NCBI RefSeq assembly: GCF_037042905.1
Contig: NC_087250.1
Coordinates: forward strand, 17,982,001-18,046,000
Source: Lytechinus pictus
Lineage: Eukaryota
Direction: 5' to 3'
DNA: 64,000 bases
Shown here: positions 36,199-50,251 of the stretch, one piece after another
How positions within the stretch are numbered: position 1 is the first letter of the stretch
Layout of the letters: every line of letters begins with the position of its first letter
Notes under the pieces: model-generated
What the model was told of the DNA's origin: nothing
Seen by the model: the letters and a program-made list of their open reading frames with translations, nothing else
Databases searched by the model: none
Made by a program: the position numbers and the translations under genes

Positions 36199-37861
36199 AT
36201 ATAATATAGGAGTAAATTTTGTCCTTGACCTTGTGCTGATAAAAAATGTTATTGTAATTATATTCATGCTAACTCATGAACTTTTACACATTGAGCAAAA
36301 ATTATTATTTATTCATTTGAAAATGATAAAACTGTTGACTCACATGTCAATATACTGAATGGAAGATGCTGATCTCAACATTCTATTCCACATGTAAAAA
36401 ATAATGTTTAAAACATTGTTTCACCCCTGTCATGTAGGGAAAATATCCTCCTTTCCTGTGTTTGGTACAGAGTTAATATTGTGAGATTCGAACCCTGACG
36501 GCCTTAACGTCGCAGTTGGTGAAATCACAACTATATTCGCGTTGTAGGCCATTGTGATTTAGGGGGCTTCTTTCTCACTTTAGGCATTTTTGACACTGTA
36601 TGCGCGTTCCGCTCCTACCAGCGAAAAACACCCCTTTTCTTGTGTTTTCTTTGTCGAGGATTCTGCCCAGTGGCAGTGACCCATCCCCACCCTCATCCTC
36701 CCCCGGGGTGGGAGAAGAAGTTTAAAAAGTCAAGAAGTAAACTCAAACGAACATAATAGACGGATTTGTTTGGGTGCTTTTCGAGACCCCATGGTCGCGC
36801 ATGTTATCCACTCGTCAATGGAAGTGGCCCCCTGGACAGAGGCTTATACAAAACAGGTACAATAAATGTAAAGGCTCATCTCTATTATCAATGTCATATC
36901 GCTTTCCTTTCATCGCGAGGCATGACGTATTACACACATAACGACTGATGCTCAACTGAACATTATATGAGCATGTACTGATCACTCAACCATCAATGGA
37001 ACATATCTACCCTCTCTCTCTTAACCGTTTCATGTTACAAAACTGCACGCCGATTAAATGCGTGTTTGGTACAATGAAATCAATATTTTGCAAACTGCTT
37101 TTTAAAATTTTCCCAACGTAACCGAGGTAAAACATTCTAACGAAGTAATGAACAAAAAAGGCCTAAAAATGATATGAGTATTGAGCACAATGGTCAAATT
37201 TCTACAGAAAACAAGATATTGTTAATATTTTTAGTGATTATTTTGTTAGTATTGGTCAAAATATTCAAGACAGCATAGAAGGTGGACGTTCAGATCCTAA
37301 ACTAGACATAAGTCACTGGTTAAAGGGAAATTACCCTTCGTCTATGTTCTTTTGTCCAGTTAAAACTTGTGATGTTATTAAAATAATTAAAGGACTGGAT
37401 GCTATAAATAAAAGTCAAGGTTATGATGGTATCCATCCAAAAGTAGTAAAGCATTCTGCCTTTGCAATAGCCCAACCACTGTGCTATATCATTAATCTCT
37501 CAATTGAACATGGTACTTTCCCAGATTCTTTGAAACTTGCCAAAGTTTTACCTGTCTTTAAAAAGGGAGATAAACTCATTTGAATAATTACAGACCCATT
37601 TCTGTTTTAACTATTTTAGCAAGATATTTGAAAAAAATACTTTGTGATCAAATGATGACATATCTTGAAAAGAATAATATACTATATGAGAGACAGTATG
37701 GGTTTAGGAAGAGACACAGTACTCATCATGCCCTTTTAGATCTTACAGAAAAAATTGCCAACGCTTTTGAAAAAAAAAAAATTGATTGGACTTTTTTAGA
37801 CCTTTCGTAAGCCTTTGACTGTATGGATCACCATATTTTAATAAAGAAATTATATCTTTAT

Positions 37862-40265
37862 TTTTTTTTCAATTTGTTTCCCCTCCACAGGGAATTTATT
37901 ATTATTCAAACATAACAATATATCTTTTCAATGACAAATCAAATTAATAACAACGAAATACAGTACAACAGTAATTGCAACAAATATATAAATTGAACTG
38001 TCAGGTTCACATAATAGTAAACAATTTAAGGAACAAGCAAGGAGTAAATGAACAATAATATTCATATGTATCATTGTACATGGAAAGGGAACTGAACAGA
38101 TCACTTCATGTAAACATGGCACGTAATTGAAACCATTTCTTTGTAAACTTTACCATTTTACAATTTGACTCTGCGATATATTTTTCATTCTTGAAATAAT
38201 TCTGAAGTGCAAATTTGATATTATCAAAAACAGGTAATTGATGTTTTACTCTGAAAGTGTAAAGGCGACCGCACACCTTACGACTGGTCTGCGACCCGAT
38301 TTAGGAACAAATCGCATTTTGCTCATTTTCTGAAGATGTGAATGGAACATATCATTTTATTTGAGGTTGAAATTAATTGAAATAATAATATTATAACAAT
38401 TTTGAAAGATTGCAAGCCCTTATTTTGGAGTAAAGTCCAAATTAGGTTCAAATCGTGGCCAATCGTAAGACTGCTATGACGTCATTACGACTAGATATTA
38501 AATTCGCTTTTATTCTAAGAAGGATGATAGCATAGTCACAAATTTGATCATAGGTATTCGTACGATGATTTCGAACATTACACAGTAAGATATTCCAAGT
38601 CTCAATATTAGCATCAAATTCTATTACATTTTATTCTAAAATCGGGTCGCAGGCCAGTCGTAAGGTGTGCGGTGGCCTTAAATCATCTGTCGTATCACTA
38701 TCAATAAACAATTTAATACATAATTACTTGAACCTCTTAAACCAAATAATTTTTCTTTATTAGAGAAAAATATTATATTTCCAGTTTTAAGAAATATCAA
38801 ACCTGTCCCATATATGTTTGATACATGTACATTCACAAAATAGATGAGTAACTGTTTCACGGTGTACATTACAAAAAGTACATTCTTTTTGTTGAGCTAA
38901 ATTAATTTTAAACAATATTTCATTTGTATATAAAATACGTTGCCTTATTTTGAACTGAAACCAACGTAAATTCACATCGGTAGTACAACTGAATCCAATA
39001 GAGCAATACGACTGTCATTGCTTGTCATTCATATCGAATATACACTTCCACTTAAGAAAACTTTTACATTCCACTTTTCTTTTCTTTTTAAGAATCGTAT
39101 AGATGTGTGAACAACCTTTATTATATTTCATAACAAATGCTATTGTATCAGGGATAATAGGTTCTTGGAACTTGCTAAAGTGTGTGCCATTGCTAAAACC
39201 GTCTCTTATAGCATCACATAATCCACGGTAAAAAATGAAATTTATTTGAACATTGTATTTTTCCTGAAGGTCATTCAAAGAGAGGAAATTGCCAGGTACA
39301 TCTAAAATATCATTAACAAAACGAACACCCCTATTATTTAGAGATCTACTGTGAATTGAGCTATTACCTATTTTGATAAAATCATTGTTCCATAAGGGTT
39401 GGCAAGGTATATCATTACAGTGCATAGATAACAGTGTGCTATACGCTAAGAACATTTCTTTCCAAAAAGGATTTTTAATTTCGTGTGCCAGTCTAGAAAA
39501 ATAGCTATTTCCCATATACATAAAGATCCAAGTTTTGCGTTTTATGCAAAAAAGACTGAAGAAGACAAATAATATACCGTCAATGGAACCGTTTATCATT
39601 TTTTCATCCAAGAAATTTTCTATGACTGGCAATGCAGATTTATGTCTATCATTTTTACTCCACCTTCAGAATAACTCTGAGACATTTGATATCTTCTTAC
39701 TTTTATCTGGTTTCTCTCCCCATATGAATCTATGAAATTGGGAATTTACATCTGTTAGAAATAACTCTCTTGGATTCGGGAGAGAAAGAATTAAGTAGTT
39801 CAATTTAGACACAAACAATGACTTGACAACCGTAACTCTTCCAAGGACCGTCAGGTAACGTCTTAAACATGAAGTCATTTGACTTTTGATCTCTTTAAAC
39901 TTTTCATTGTAATTATGCACTGTCATTTTCTGAAGATCTGTACAAAAATCTATACCTAAATATCTGAAGTATTCATCAAATACCCAGTTCAAATTCCTAT
40001 TGGCAAGAATACAGTCTTTCTTGTTCTTGTATCCTCCAATCCATATTGCATGTGTCTTGGTTATATTAACATTGAAACCTGATATTGTTTTATATTTTTC
40101 CAAGATGTCAAAAACACTACTCAATTCTCTTTCTGAACCGTTTAATGTCAGAAGAGTGTCATCTGCATACTGTAATATTTTATGACATTTACCAGAGGGC
40201 ATCCTCAAACCATCTATTGACGTTGATTGTCGAAACAACGTCAATAGATGGTTTGAGGATGCCCT
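37862..40265 (-). mobile_element. 5'-truncated Tx1/L1-like LINE, 12-bp TSD TTATATCTTTAT
   Basis: QYADDT, SGFNVNITKT, YLGI, LTVLGRVTVVKS, CTFC..ETVTHLFCEC; poly-T at the left end; TSD at 37850-37861 and 40266-40277. Confidence 0.9.
38263..38678. mobile_element. Harbinger MITE, TAA TSD, inside the Tx1-like LINE
   Basis: taa|aggcgaccgcacaccttacgactgg ... ccagtcgtaaggtgtgcggtggcct|taa. Confidence 0.88.
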
Positions 40266-41180
40266 TTATATCTTTATGGCTTCCGGGGTATTTTAATAAG
40301 TAATTATTTATCTAACAGGAAACAGTTTGTTAGCATTTGAAATTTTACTTCTGGCAATGCAATTCCCACAGGCATTCCACAAGGTTCAAATCTCGGCCCT
40401 CTTCTCTTTCTGATATATGTGAATGATTTACCGAATTATAGCGATATATTGTCTTTTATTTTATTCGCAGACGACACAAGCCTTTTTGTTTCTGATGATA
40501 ATCTAGTAAGAGCATCCAATTGCATTAATACTGAGTTACAAAAGTTCAATCTTGGTTTTTGCAAACAAATTGGTACTAAATTTGGATAAAACAAATTTAA
40601 TAAATTTCAAAACAAAAAATAAATGCCTGGATTTAAGTCAAATTAGAATATATATTGATGATAATGAAATACAAATGACAAAATCTGTAAAATTTCTTGG
40701 TGTGAAATTGGACAATAAATTAATTTGGAAAGATCATGTAGATGAAATTTCTCGTAAGATATCCTGTGTTATAGGAATATTGAGTAGAATTAAACATATT
40801 TTACCAATGTCAGTTCTCTTAAAATTATATAATGCTATGATCTTGCCACAGTTGAGTTATTGTAACATCATATGGGGAAATTGTCCAAAATACTTATTAC
40901 AGAGGTTATACCTGTTGCAGAAACGTGCTATTAGAATAATAAAAAAGTCATCATACCTTGCCCATACAAACATAAATTTTAAAAATCTCAATATTTTAAC
41001 AATATTTCACTGAATGTTTACTGCGTTGCAATATTTATGTATCAGTATTTTAAAAGTGTTTTGCCTGAATGTTTTAATGATTCATTTATTTTTCAAAGTG
41101 CTGTCAATAAATATGCAACAATACACTATAATGATCTATACTTGCCAAAGTACCGATATTATTTTTCTCGTTCCATTATT

Positions 41181-44100
41181 ATTATCAAATCGAATTATCA
41201 AATCGAAGGAGACAAGAAGGGAAATCACCTCTGCAAATTTGCATTTCTTTGTCGATCTTGGTTTGATATCGGGGGATTTCATCTGTTTCTTTGTCATTGT
41301 CAATGTGAATATATATTTACTGATATACTTTTATCTACATATCTCACGCGTTTACGCCATTTCAACAGTGATTTTTTTGTTGACACCTGGAGATCACTGC
41401 CTCCTAGTCCCATGCGTGTGTTTATATAACTGGACATAATCACTGCCGATCGTCGTCGTTATCGTTTTCATGCCTCACGGGCGCCACTAAAACCACTGCG
41501 GTAAGAACTAAAATCTTGTATTTGTGATCTTCATTCGAAATATTGACAATTCCGTTCCATTACGTATATCAACCCTAAAAAGTGGATTTTTCCTACTATC
41601 ATAACTGATATATTAGCAGTCATTCGTGATACATCATTTGCATACGATCGATACCGATGTTCGCCATGGCAGTTCGACGGACCTGGACGGTCTTTCTTAT
41701 GCTAATGACATTGTCCATCTGTTGTCACCAAACTACAGCCTTCCTTAAATTCAACATTCCTTCTTTGAATACATATGAATGGAGTGATTATGACAGAGAA
41801 TTAAGGGAACTTTTGTCTCCACTGCACCATGAACTCGCCTCCGACCGAGAATCGACCGCCAGAGCCGGCGATCAGATGACGACTATCATTCAAGAATTCC
41901 TCTCCTCGCATGAAGAGTTTGTTACAAAGGAAAAGGAGAAACAATATATTGCCCGGGCCCCGAAAACCCTCAATGAAGCGAAGAAGCTTAAAAATCGTCT
42001 GAGAAAAAAAGCTTTCGCAAAAAATGCTTCGAAAGAAGATCGGCAAGCATTTCGGGAAGCCGTAAAAGCTGTCAGCTTCCTGAGCAAACAGCGTAAGGCA
42101 AATCAAAGGCATAAAACTATCACCAGAAGGGAAAAACTGTATCAGCAAAACTTTTGGGAATTTTCAAAACGCTGCTGTTCGGGTACTCTCGATGGTGATG
42201 AAAGTCAAAGTCGCACTCCTTCGTTCGAAAAAGATTATGCCGATCGGTATTACACTTCCAAATATTCGATTGCCCAGCCGTTTGATCGTACTTCACTCTC
42301 TTGGTTCCCGTATATCCATGTCCCCCAAAACGAGTCATTTGATCTTTCATCTATTAAACCTAAAGATGTAAAATGTATCCTATCTCGCAAGAATTCCACT
42401 TCGGCTCCCGGCCCAGACGGCATTATGTATGGGATTTTGCGCAAATTACCATCGACCCACTATTTCATGGCCACTCTTTTTAGCAAAATTCTAACTTCTG
42501 GAGAGCCACCTGAATCCTGGTCTAAAAGCCGAATTTCTTTGATATATAAGAGCGGTCCAACCGATAACCCCGCAAACTTTCGCATGATCGCGTTGACATC
42601 ATGTATTGGTAAGATCTATAACCAAATCATCGCGGAGAGACTTGCCAAATTCTTATGTTCAACCGGTACAATTGATGACTCGACCCAAAAAGCTTTTCTA
42701 AAAGGAATAAGCGGTTGCGTAGAACACTGCCAGACCATGAATGAACTCCTTGCAGATGCCCGTCATAAAAAAAGAACACTGCACGTAACATTCTTCGACT
42801 TAGCAGATGCCTTCGGTTCTGTGGAACATCCTCTCATATTCCACACAATGCAATCTAGCCATATCCCAGAAATAATCATTACATATGTCCGTAACCTTTA
42901 CTCTAGCCTACAAGGTGTGGTGACGAGCCCGTCCTGGAGATCCGACCCTTTCAGTTTCAATCGCGGTGTCTTCCAAGGAGATCCAATGTCTCATATCCTC
43001 TTCCTTCTCGCTTTCAATCCTTTGATTAAAGACTTGAGTCTCATCGAAAACCAATTTGGGTACAGCTTGAACGGACAGAAATACATAACCTTACCTTTCG
43101 CTGATGACTTCTGTCTCCTGACGTCAAATCAAAGGTCACATCAGAGAATTATGAATGACATTGGACTCAAGTTAAGATCGATGAACCTTACCCTTAAACC
43201 TTCTAAGTGTTCCTCATTATCTATTTGCCAAGGTTCAACTAAAGATGTTAAATTTTGTATAGATAATCGCCAAATTAGTGTACTGAAAGACAAACCTGAA
43301 AAGTTCTTAGGATCCTACATTACCTTCTATGGAAAAACACAGGATACATTTGAGCTGATTGAGAAAAAATTACAGAATATTCTTAATAACATAGATAACA
43401 GTCTTGTTAGAAATGAATACAAAATACGTGTGTTTACTCAGTATGCCTTACCTTCTCTCAGATATTTGTTAACTGTACACAACTTGACTGATACACAACT
43501 CACCTCGCATTTCTATTGAGACTAGAATGTTGAAAAAATGGCTGAAAATTCCCAGTCACGGTGCAACGCCTTCCATATTGTACGCACCAAAGGGATTGAA
43601 TATAAAAACAATATCAGAATTGTATCTTGAGTGTCATACATTGTCTTTTGCCTCTACCTTGACCAAAGGTGATCCAAAGGTAAGGCATGCAGTAGAGTCG
43701 AAAATAGAAAGGGAAAGTAAATGGTCTAGTAAGAACAAGAAATTTGGAGTTAAAGTATCAATGAAAATGTTGGAAACAGCAAGGGATACGAATAACGAAG
43801 ATTCACAACAATGGAAATCAATGAAAAGGGCAATTAAAAATGTAATCGTGAAAGAGAAAAACGATAACTGGTCAGAGCGTTTACAGAAGCTCGCAAAACA
43901 GGGTATCTTACTACATTTGTTAGAAGTAGAAAAAAGCGATCTTACTTGGAAATCAATTATGTATGGTCTACCCAGAGGTGTCCTAAGTTTTGCCTCGAGA
44001 GCTGCAATCGATAGCCTTCCAACTCCCCAAAACCTCAAGTTATGGGGTAAAAAGATGAATGAAAAATGTTGTCTATGCAATTGTACCGGCTCTTTGGTCC

Positions 44101-45377
44101 ATATTTTAAATATGTGCACTGTTGCCCTTACTCAAGGCAGATTTACATACCGACACAATAGCGTGTTAGGTTACCTTGCAAAGGAATTGAAAAGTTGTGC
44201 AGAAAGCAGTGGCATAAGACTTGATTTGTATGCTGACCTCCCAGGGATGAGAATTAATGGTGGTACAATCCCTTCTAATGTTATAGTCACCACAGAGAAA
44301 CCAGATATAACTCTCTGTTTCCCAGAATCTACCCCTCCAAAGATTGTACTCATTGAGTTGACACTTCCTTTTGAACCTAATATTCGTAAGGCAAGAGAAC
44401 GTAAGGAGGTGAGGTACGTTCAACTGAATAGGGACATCATGTCTAAGAATTATGAGTCGCATCTGATATGTTTTGAAGTCGGAAGTAGAGGGGTGGTTAC
44501 CAGAGACAATAAACAGCAAATTAAGACAATTCTACATCACGCCGGTTCAAGGAAATACAAAGATACTTTCCTTACAATGAGTAAATTAGCACTAATTGGT
44601 TCATACGTAATCTACAATGCAAAGAGTGAACCTCAGTGGACCGACATGACACTTCTTCACTAAATCTCATTCTGAATTTCCCCAATATGATTGTTGTACA
44701 TCTCAAGATAAATATTTGCAATTTTTTCTGTCATTATTATGCTGTTCAGATAATTATGGAGTAAGGGCTGATTCCTTTTCCCTTTTTTCTTATACTTCAC
44801 CCCCTCTCTACCTCTTTATCTATTTTCCGGCCTTCTCCCGTTTTCCTATTTCTTCTCTTCTTCCAAACCTTTTCTACACCATTTCTTTTCCATCAGCTCT
44901 TGCTTCCTCATTCTTCCCACCGTAATTTCTTTTTATTCCAACCATTCTTGTTTCACTTATGTATGCCAGACTGTAATATATCATAATTTGCGGAACAAAA
45001 TCACATTTGTTATATATACAAAATATAAACTCAAGATCTAGGCTTACTTATGTGAATTTACTCTTTATTTGTTTATATATTTATAATTGCATAATTTATA
45101 TATTTTTGTAATACCATATGTTAGTACAATGACCTCATTTTAAAATCAGAACAACCTAAGTTAAACCACAGGATAGCACATCCCCTCCTTCCCCCTTCTC
45201 ACCACTCTAAGTATAAATTTTGTTTTGAATCGAATTGACGCGTTTGATATGTAAATAATTATCATCTCTTGTTTTATGTTTGTTTATGTATACATATACT
45301 GTATTTAGAACTGATAACCTGGGCATAATATTGTATTTGATTCCCTTTTTTACGAATAAAAGGTGATTAATAAAAAA
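41181..45377 (+). mobile_element. Near full-length RLE-type (R2-group, HERO/NeSL-related) non-LTR retrotransposon, young
   Basis: ORF 41657-44663 with one frameshift near 43510: APGPDG, DLADAFGSV, QGDPMS, FADD, CCLC..HILNMC, RHNSVL, KPDI, ELTLPFE, EVGSRG. AATAAA plus poly-A at ~45369-45380. Confidence 0.92.
41657..44663 (+). pseudogene. RT + CCHC + restriction-like endonuclease ORF (620 + 378 aa, single frameshift)
   Basis: ORF track 41657..43519 and 43527..44663; motifs continue across the break. Confidence 0.88.
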
Positions 45378-45779
45378 AAATACAGAGGACCTATGATTTG
45401 GAATAGTTTGAAATCAGAACAGAAATCTTGCCAGTCAATATATCTTTTTAAAAGACAATACAAATCATCTCTTTTATTAATCAATCGTTCATTCAATAGA
45501 CTTTCAGTTGCCTGTTTTTGCTTTTTTTTCTTCTTGTATTGGTGAAATGGTGAATACTTTATTTATTTGTATGTTATGTTCGGGAACTATCCTTGATAGG
45601 CCTCTGGCTTTTGCTGGTCCCCTGCATCCGGTACATGTTTGTTGTGTTTACATTTGTTGTAATTGTTATCTCTAAAATTGTATTTTGCTGTTTTATCCCT
45701 TGCCTCTTTATAATATTCTTCTCCATTTTAATATCAGAAGTGCCAGTAAAAACTTTGATTAACTTAGACTATTTCTAGA

Positions 45780-48700
45780 TAAAAACCGGTTTCCGAAATC
45801 TTCATTTATTGGTTTAACCGAAACATGGTTCTCTGATAATCCATGTTCCCTCTTCACACTCCCTGATTTTGATTTGATTGTTAACAATAGGACGCTAAGA
45901 CCTGGGGGTGGTGTAGCTCTTTACATACCGCAACAATACGACCATACTCTTATAGCTAACATGACCATATCAAACGACGTTCTAGAAACCTTATTTGTTG
46001 AAGTCACAAACCTCAAAGGTAAAAAACTTAGTACTTGGTGTTTTTTATAGACCCCCTCAATCTAATGTTAATACTTTTTTAGAATCTCTTAATGAAATTT
46101 TATCAAATCCTGTTTTGAAAAATAAAGATTGCTTTTTTATGGGTAACTTTGATATTAACTTAGTAGATTGTAATTCAAACAGCACCTCACATGAGTTTCT
46201 TGAAATGTTTCTTTCAAATTTTTTTTTTACCGCTTATCACTAAACCGACAAGAGTGACAGATAACTCGGCCACTTTAATTGATAATACTTTTAGTAATAT
46301 AACTCAACAAATTCCCAAAGCCGGTATTATCCTTAGTGACATTACTGATCACTTTCCAATTTTTGCTAAATTATCTACAAATAAAATTATCATGAAAGAA
46401 GCATTCAATACTCCATTTCGAAAGATAACTGATGACAACATAAACAATCTGATTAATAATTTAAATACAACAGACTGGTCAACTGTTTTTGAATCCACAG
46501 ACGTTGATGACGCATATAACTTTTTCATTTCCAAATTAAACTCTTCTCTAGATACTCACGTTCCTTTTACCACTAAACGAAAATCAAATCATAAAAAGGT
46601 TCCACTCCACCCTTCGATTACTAAATCACTTTTGAGATCAATCAACCGAAAGAACAACCTTTACTATAAATACATAACTAAACAAAGTAACGAATCTCGC
46701 TTTTAATATACTTCATACGAAAACACACTCACTACTTTATTACGCATTGCAAAAAGAGAATATTATACCTCCAAACTCAATTTGTTCAAAAACGATATGA
46801 GAAACACATGGAAAATCATTAATGGAGCATTAAATAAAAACAAAAAAAGTACTTCTATAACAAAAATAAAAGTAAACAATACAACTACCGACGACAACAT
46901 CTCAAAAGCACAAGAATAAAATTCATATTTTTCGAACATTGGCAACAATCTGGCAAGCAAAGTCCCTCAAACTTATAAATCTTTCAACAGTTTTCTTGAC
47001 AACCCAAATCCAAACTCTATATTTTTTAATCCTACGAACACAAGAGAAATTATTAATATTGTTAATAATCTACAGTCCAAGAAGAGCCCAGGTTTCGATG
47101 GTATTCCTCACTTCCTACTTCAGAAAATTATTTTAACTATCGTCGATCCTCTGGTCCACATATTTAAAGGAGAATGAAACCCTTGAAACCAGCTGAATCC
47201 ATATCAAAGAGAAAAATCAAAGAAACATTTTGTTGAAAGTTTGAGAAATATTGAATGAATAATAAGAAAGTTATGAGCATTTGAATGTCGAGATCACTAA
47301 TGCCATGTAGATCCTCCAATTGGCAATGCGACCAAGATCTGTGATGTCACACACGTACAACCCCCTCATTACTTTAGTACTTATTTCACTTATATTCTCA
47401 CTTTTATAGAGTCTATCACAAGGTGAGGTGTTCTCTTTATGAGAGGACAAGTACAGAGGTTTCACAACATTATATAATTGATGAATCGTTTGTCATATGA
47501 TTTGAATGAGCAAAAAGAGATGTTTTGGGGTATATTTTCAGTGTCCAAAAGGGGAGAGTTGTTCATCTGTGACATCATAGATGTTGGTCGCATTGCCAAT
47601 GGGAGGATCTCCATAGCATTAGTGATCTCGACATTCAAATGCTCATAACTCTTCTATTGCTAGTCCTATTTTACTCAAACTTTTGTTGATCTTATTCTTT
47701 GATTTTTCTGCTTTCACAAAAGCTAACTTGCTCCAAGAGTTTCATTCTCCTTTAATGTTTCTATGAACACAGGGAAGGTACCTAACCTAATGAAAATAGC
47801 CAAAGTCATCCCCCTTTACAAAAAAGGTGATAATCAATTTGTTTCTAATTACCGTCCTATTTCATTGCTCACTTCGTTATCTAAAATTCTCGAAAAAATT
47901 TATACATACTCGTACAATTACGTTCTTTAATAAATTCAATACTTTTTCGAACTCGCAATTTGGTTTCCGCGAAAATAATAGCACCTCGCATGCAATTTTG
48001 ACTTTTATTAATAAAATTACTTCTTCCATAGATAAAGGTTGTTATACTGTTGGTATTTTCCTGGACTTCTCCGAGGCCTTCGATACCATTAACCACGATA
48101 TACTTCTTCATAAACTTTCTTTTTATGGTATCAGGGGGAAGGCCTTTGAGTGGTTCAAGAGCTACCTAACAGACAGGTCTCAATTTGTGTCAGTCAACAA
48201 CGTTGTTTCTTCTACTCTTCCTATTACATGTGGAGTACCACAGGGTAGTTTACTTGGTCCTCTTCTTTTTATTACATATATTAATGACATAAAAAAAAGT
48301 TCAAATTTACTCAAATTTGTATTGTTTGCTGACGATTCGAACATTTTCTTTTCTCATGATAACGTAAACCAACTTGTAAGAATTATAAACTCAGAACTTA
48401 TACATGTCACTGACTGGATTAAGGCAAATAAACTATCACTTAAAACTTACAAAAGACGAATTTTATGCTTTTTAGTAACAGAATAAATACAATACCTGAT
48501 AACATAATTTTTGATAATACTGTTCTTGAAAATGTTTCAGAGACAAGATTTTGGGGGGTTACTATTGATAATAAGCTATCATGGAAACCACACATCAATA
48601 ATACATGCAAAACAATTTCATGAAACATCGGAATTATCAACAAACTCAAATATTTTCTCCCATCTTACACTTTACTTACACTGTATCATACATTAATATT

Positions 48701-49832
48701 ACCATACATTAATTATGGCATTTTGGCATGGGGTTGTGCGATCCAAACACAATTACAAAGAATACTGTTGCTGCAGAAGAAGGGTCTTAGAATAATTTTT
48801 CAAACCCAATTCAGATCACACACAGATATACTATTCTTCCAAAATAATATTCTTAAAGTGAGTGATTTATATCTTTTCCAACTCGCCCGATTTATGTATA
48901 AACTAAACAAACATGATCTCCCAACAATTTTTTCAAATATGTTCTGTAAAAACTCCTCTATACACGATTACCCAACGAGACAACGTAATTGTTATCACCT
49001 ACCCCCTACCCGTACTATATTAGCGAAAAACTCTTTTATCTTTTTTGGACCTGTGTATTGGAATTCCCTGCCCAACGACTTTAAAGAATCTACGAACCTT
49101 AATATTTTTAAACGCAAACTTAAAAAGATGCTCATTTGTCAATACTCCACACCAACAAGTCAAGCTAACACATAACCTAAACTAAAACTACATAATAACT
49201 TAACCTTTAACTGCCAATAAATTTGTGAAACTTTACTTACAAAAAAAAACAACAACACTACAACATGATACAATACATTACGACCTGTGCACCTGCCATG
49301 TTCCTCTTTTCATTTGCACTTTTTATTTGCACCTCCCTTATCTTCCTCTTTCTTTCCTTTTCCACTTTTCCCTCCCTATTATGATTTTGTAAGTACTTTT
49401 TTTGTGTGTTACCACTGTAATTATTATTATTTGAATTACTTTCTCTTATTTTTGTTGTCGCTTATTCGTTTTATTTTGATATTTGTGGATTACTTGTTTT
49501 AAGTTTGTCTTCTGTGTCCGTCTCGATTTTTGTATAGAGTTGTATATATAGTTTGTTTATAATTAGTATTGAAACTAAGTTTAGGGGCTTGCCTTCTCTA
49601 CAAGCTTTTGCTTTTCTTGGCAAGTCCCTCCGTTCATTTCTTGTTTCTTTTCATTGATAATATTACTGCAACAAATTGTAGTTTTGTTGAATTTATATTC
49701 AACATTTGTTACGAAATTTCATTGATTGGTCTGTATTATCGAATATATTGAATATGTATTGTTACTTTGATTATATTTTGAAAAAATTGTTGAACGGAAA
49801 TAAAATCTAAATCAAAATCTAAATCTAAATCT
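45780..49832 (+). mobile_element. L2/CR1-group LINE ORF2 (APE endonuclease + RT), decayed, (AAATCT)n tail
   Basis: IGLTETW, GGGVALY, YRPP, TRVT..SATLIDN, TDHFP, LDFSEAFDT, GVPQGS, FADDS; 3' hairpin at 49583-49629. Confidence 0.9.
47168..47751. mobile_element. Kolobok-type MITE, TTAA TSD, copy 1
   Basis: ttaa|aggagaatgaaac ... gtttcattctcct|ttaa. Confidence 0.88.
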
Positions 49833-50251
49833 ATTTTTAAATATTGTTTTACCATGCTAAATGTATGATTTTATCTTGGATGCAAATAAAAGGCCATATC
49901 GGCCAATCAATCAATCAATCAATCAATGTTTCAAACATTATTTACATATGTGGAATAGAATGTTGAGATCCACACCTTTCATTCCGTATAATTATTGACC
50001 TATGAGTCAACAGTTATATCATTTTCAAATAAATGAATACATAATAATTATTATTTTGCTCAATGTGAAAAAGTTCATGAGTTACCATGAATAAAATAAC
50101 AAGAACATTTTTTATCTGCACAAGATGAAGGAAATTTTTTACTCCTATATAAAGCCTTGATTAAACTGGATTTGTAGTCTCCACCAGGTCATCATCCAGC
50201 CAATCTATAAATAGAAACAGAATATGGATCCGAAATGAATGCAGAAGCTTA

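Larger units (their letters stand above)
37140..45770 (+). mobile_element. L2/CR1-group LINE (5'-truncated, decayed), split by two retroelements
   Basis: GYDGI, LAKVLPVFKKG, NYRPIS, QYGFR, LDLS.AFD; then GIPQGS.LGP, FADDT, KFLGV, LQKRAIR; then KYRGPMIWNSL and a 3' hairpin at ~45582. Confidence 0.88.

Noticed and set aside
41501..41619. Possible intron (gtaaga ... tagcag) in the RLE element 5' UTR
   Set aside because: The signals could be chance, introns are not expected to persist in a LINE, and there is no corroboration.
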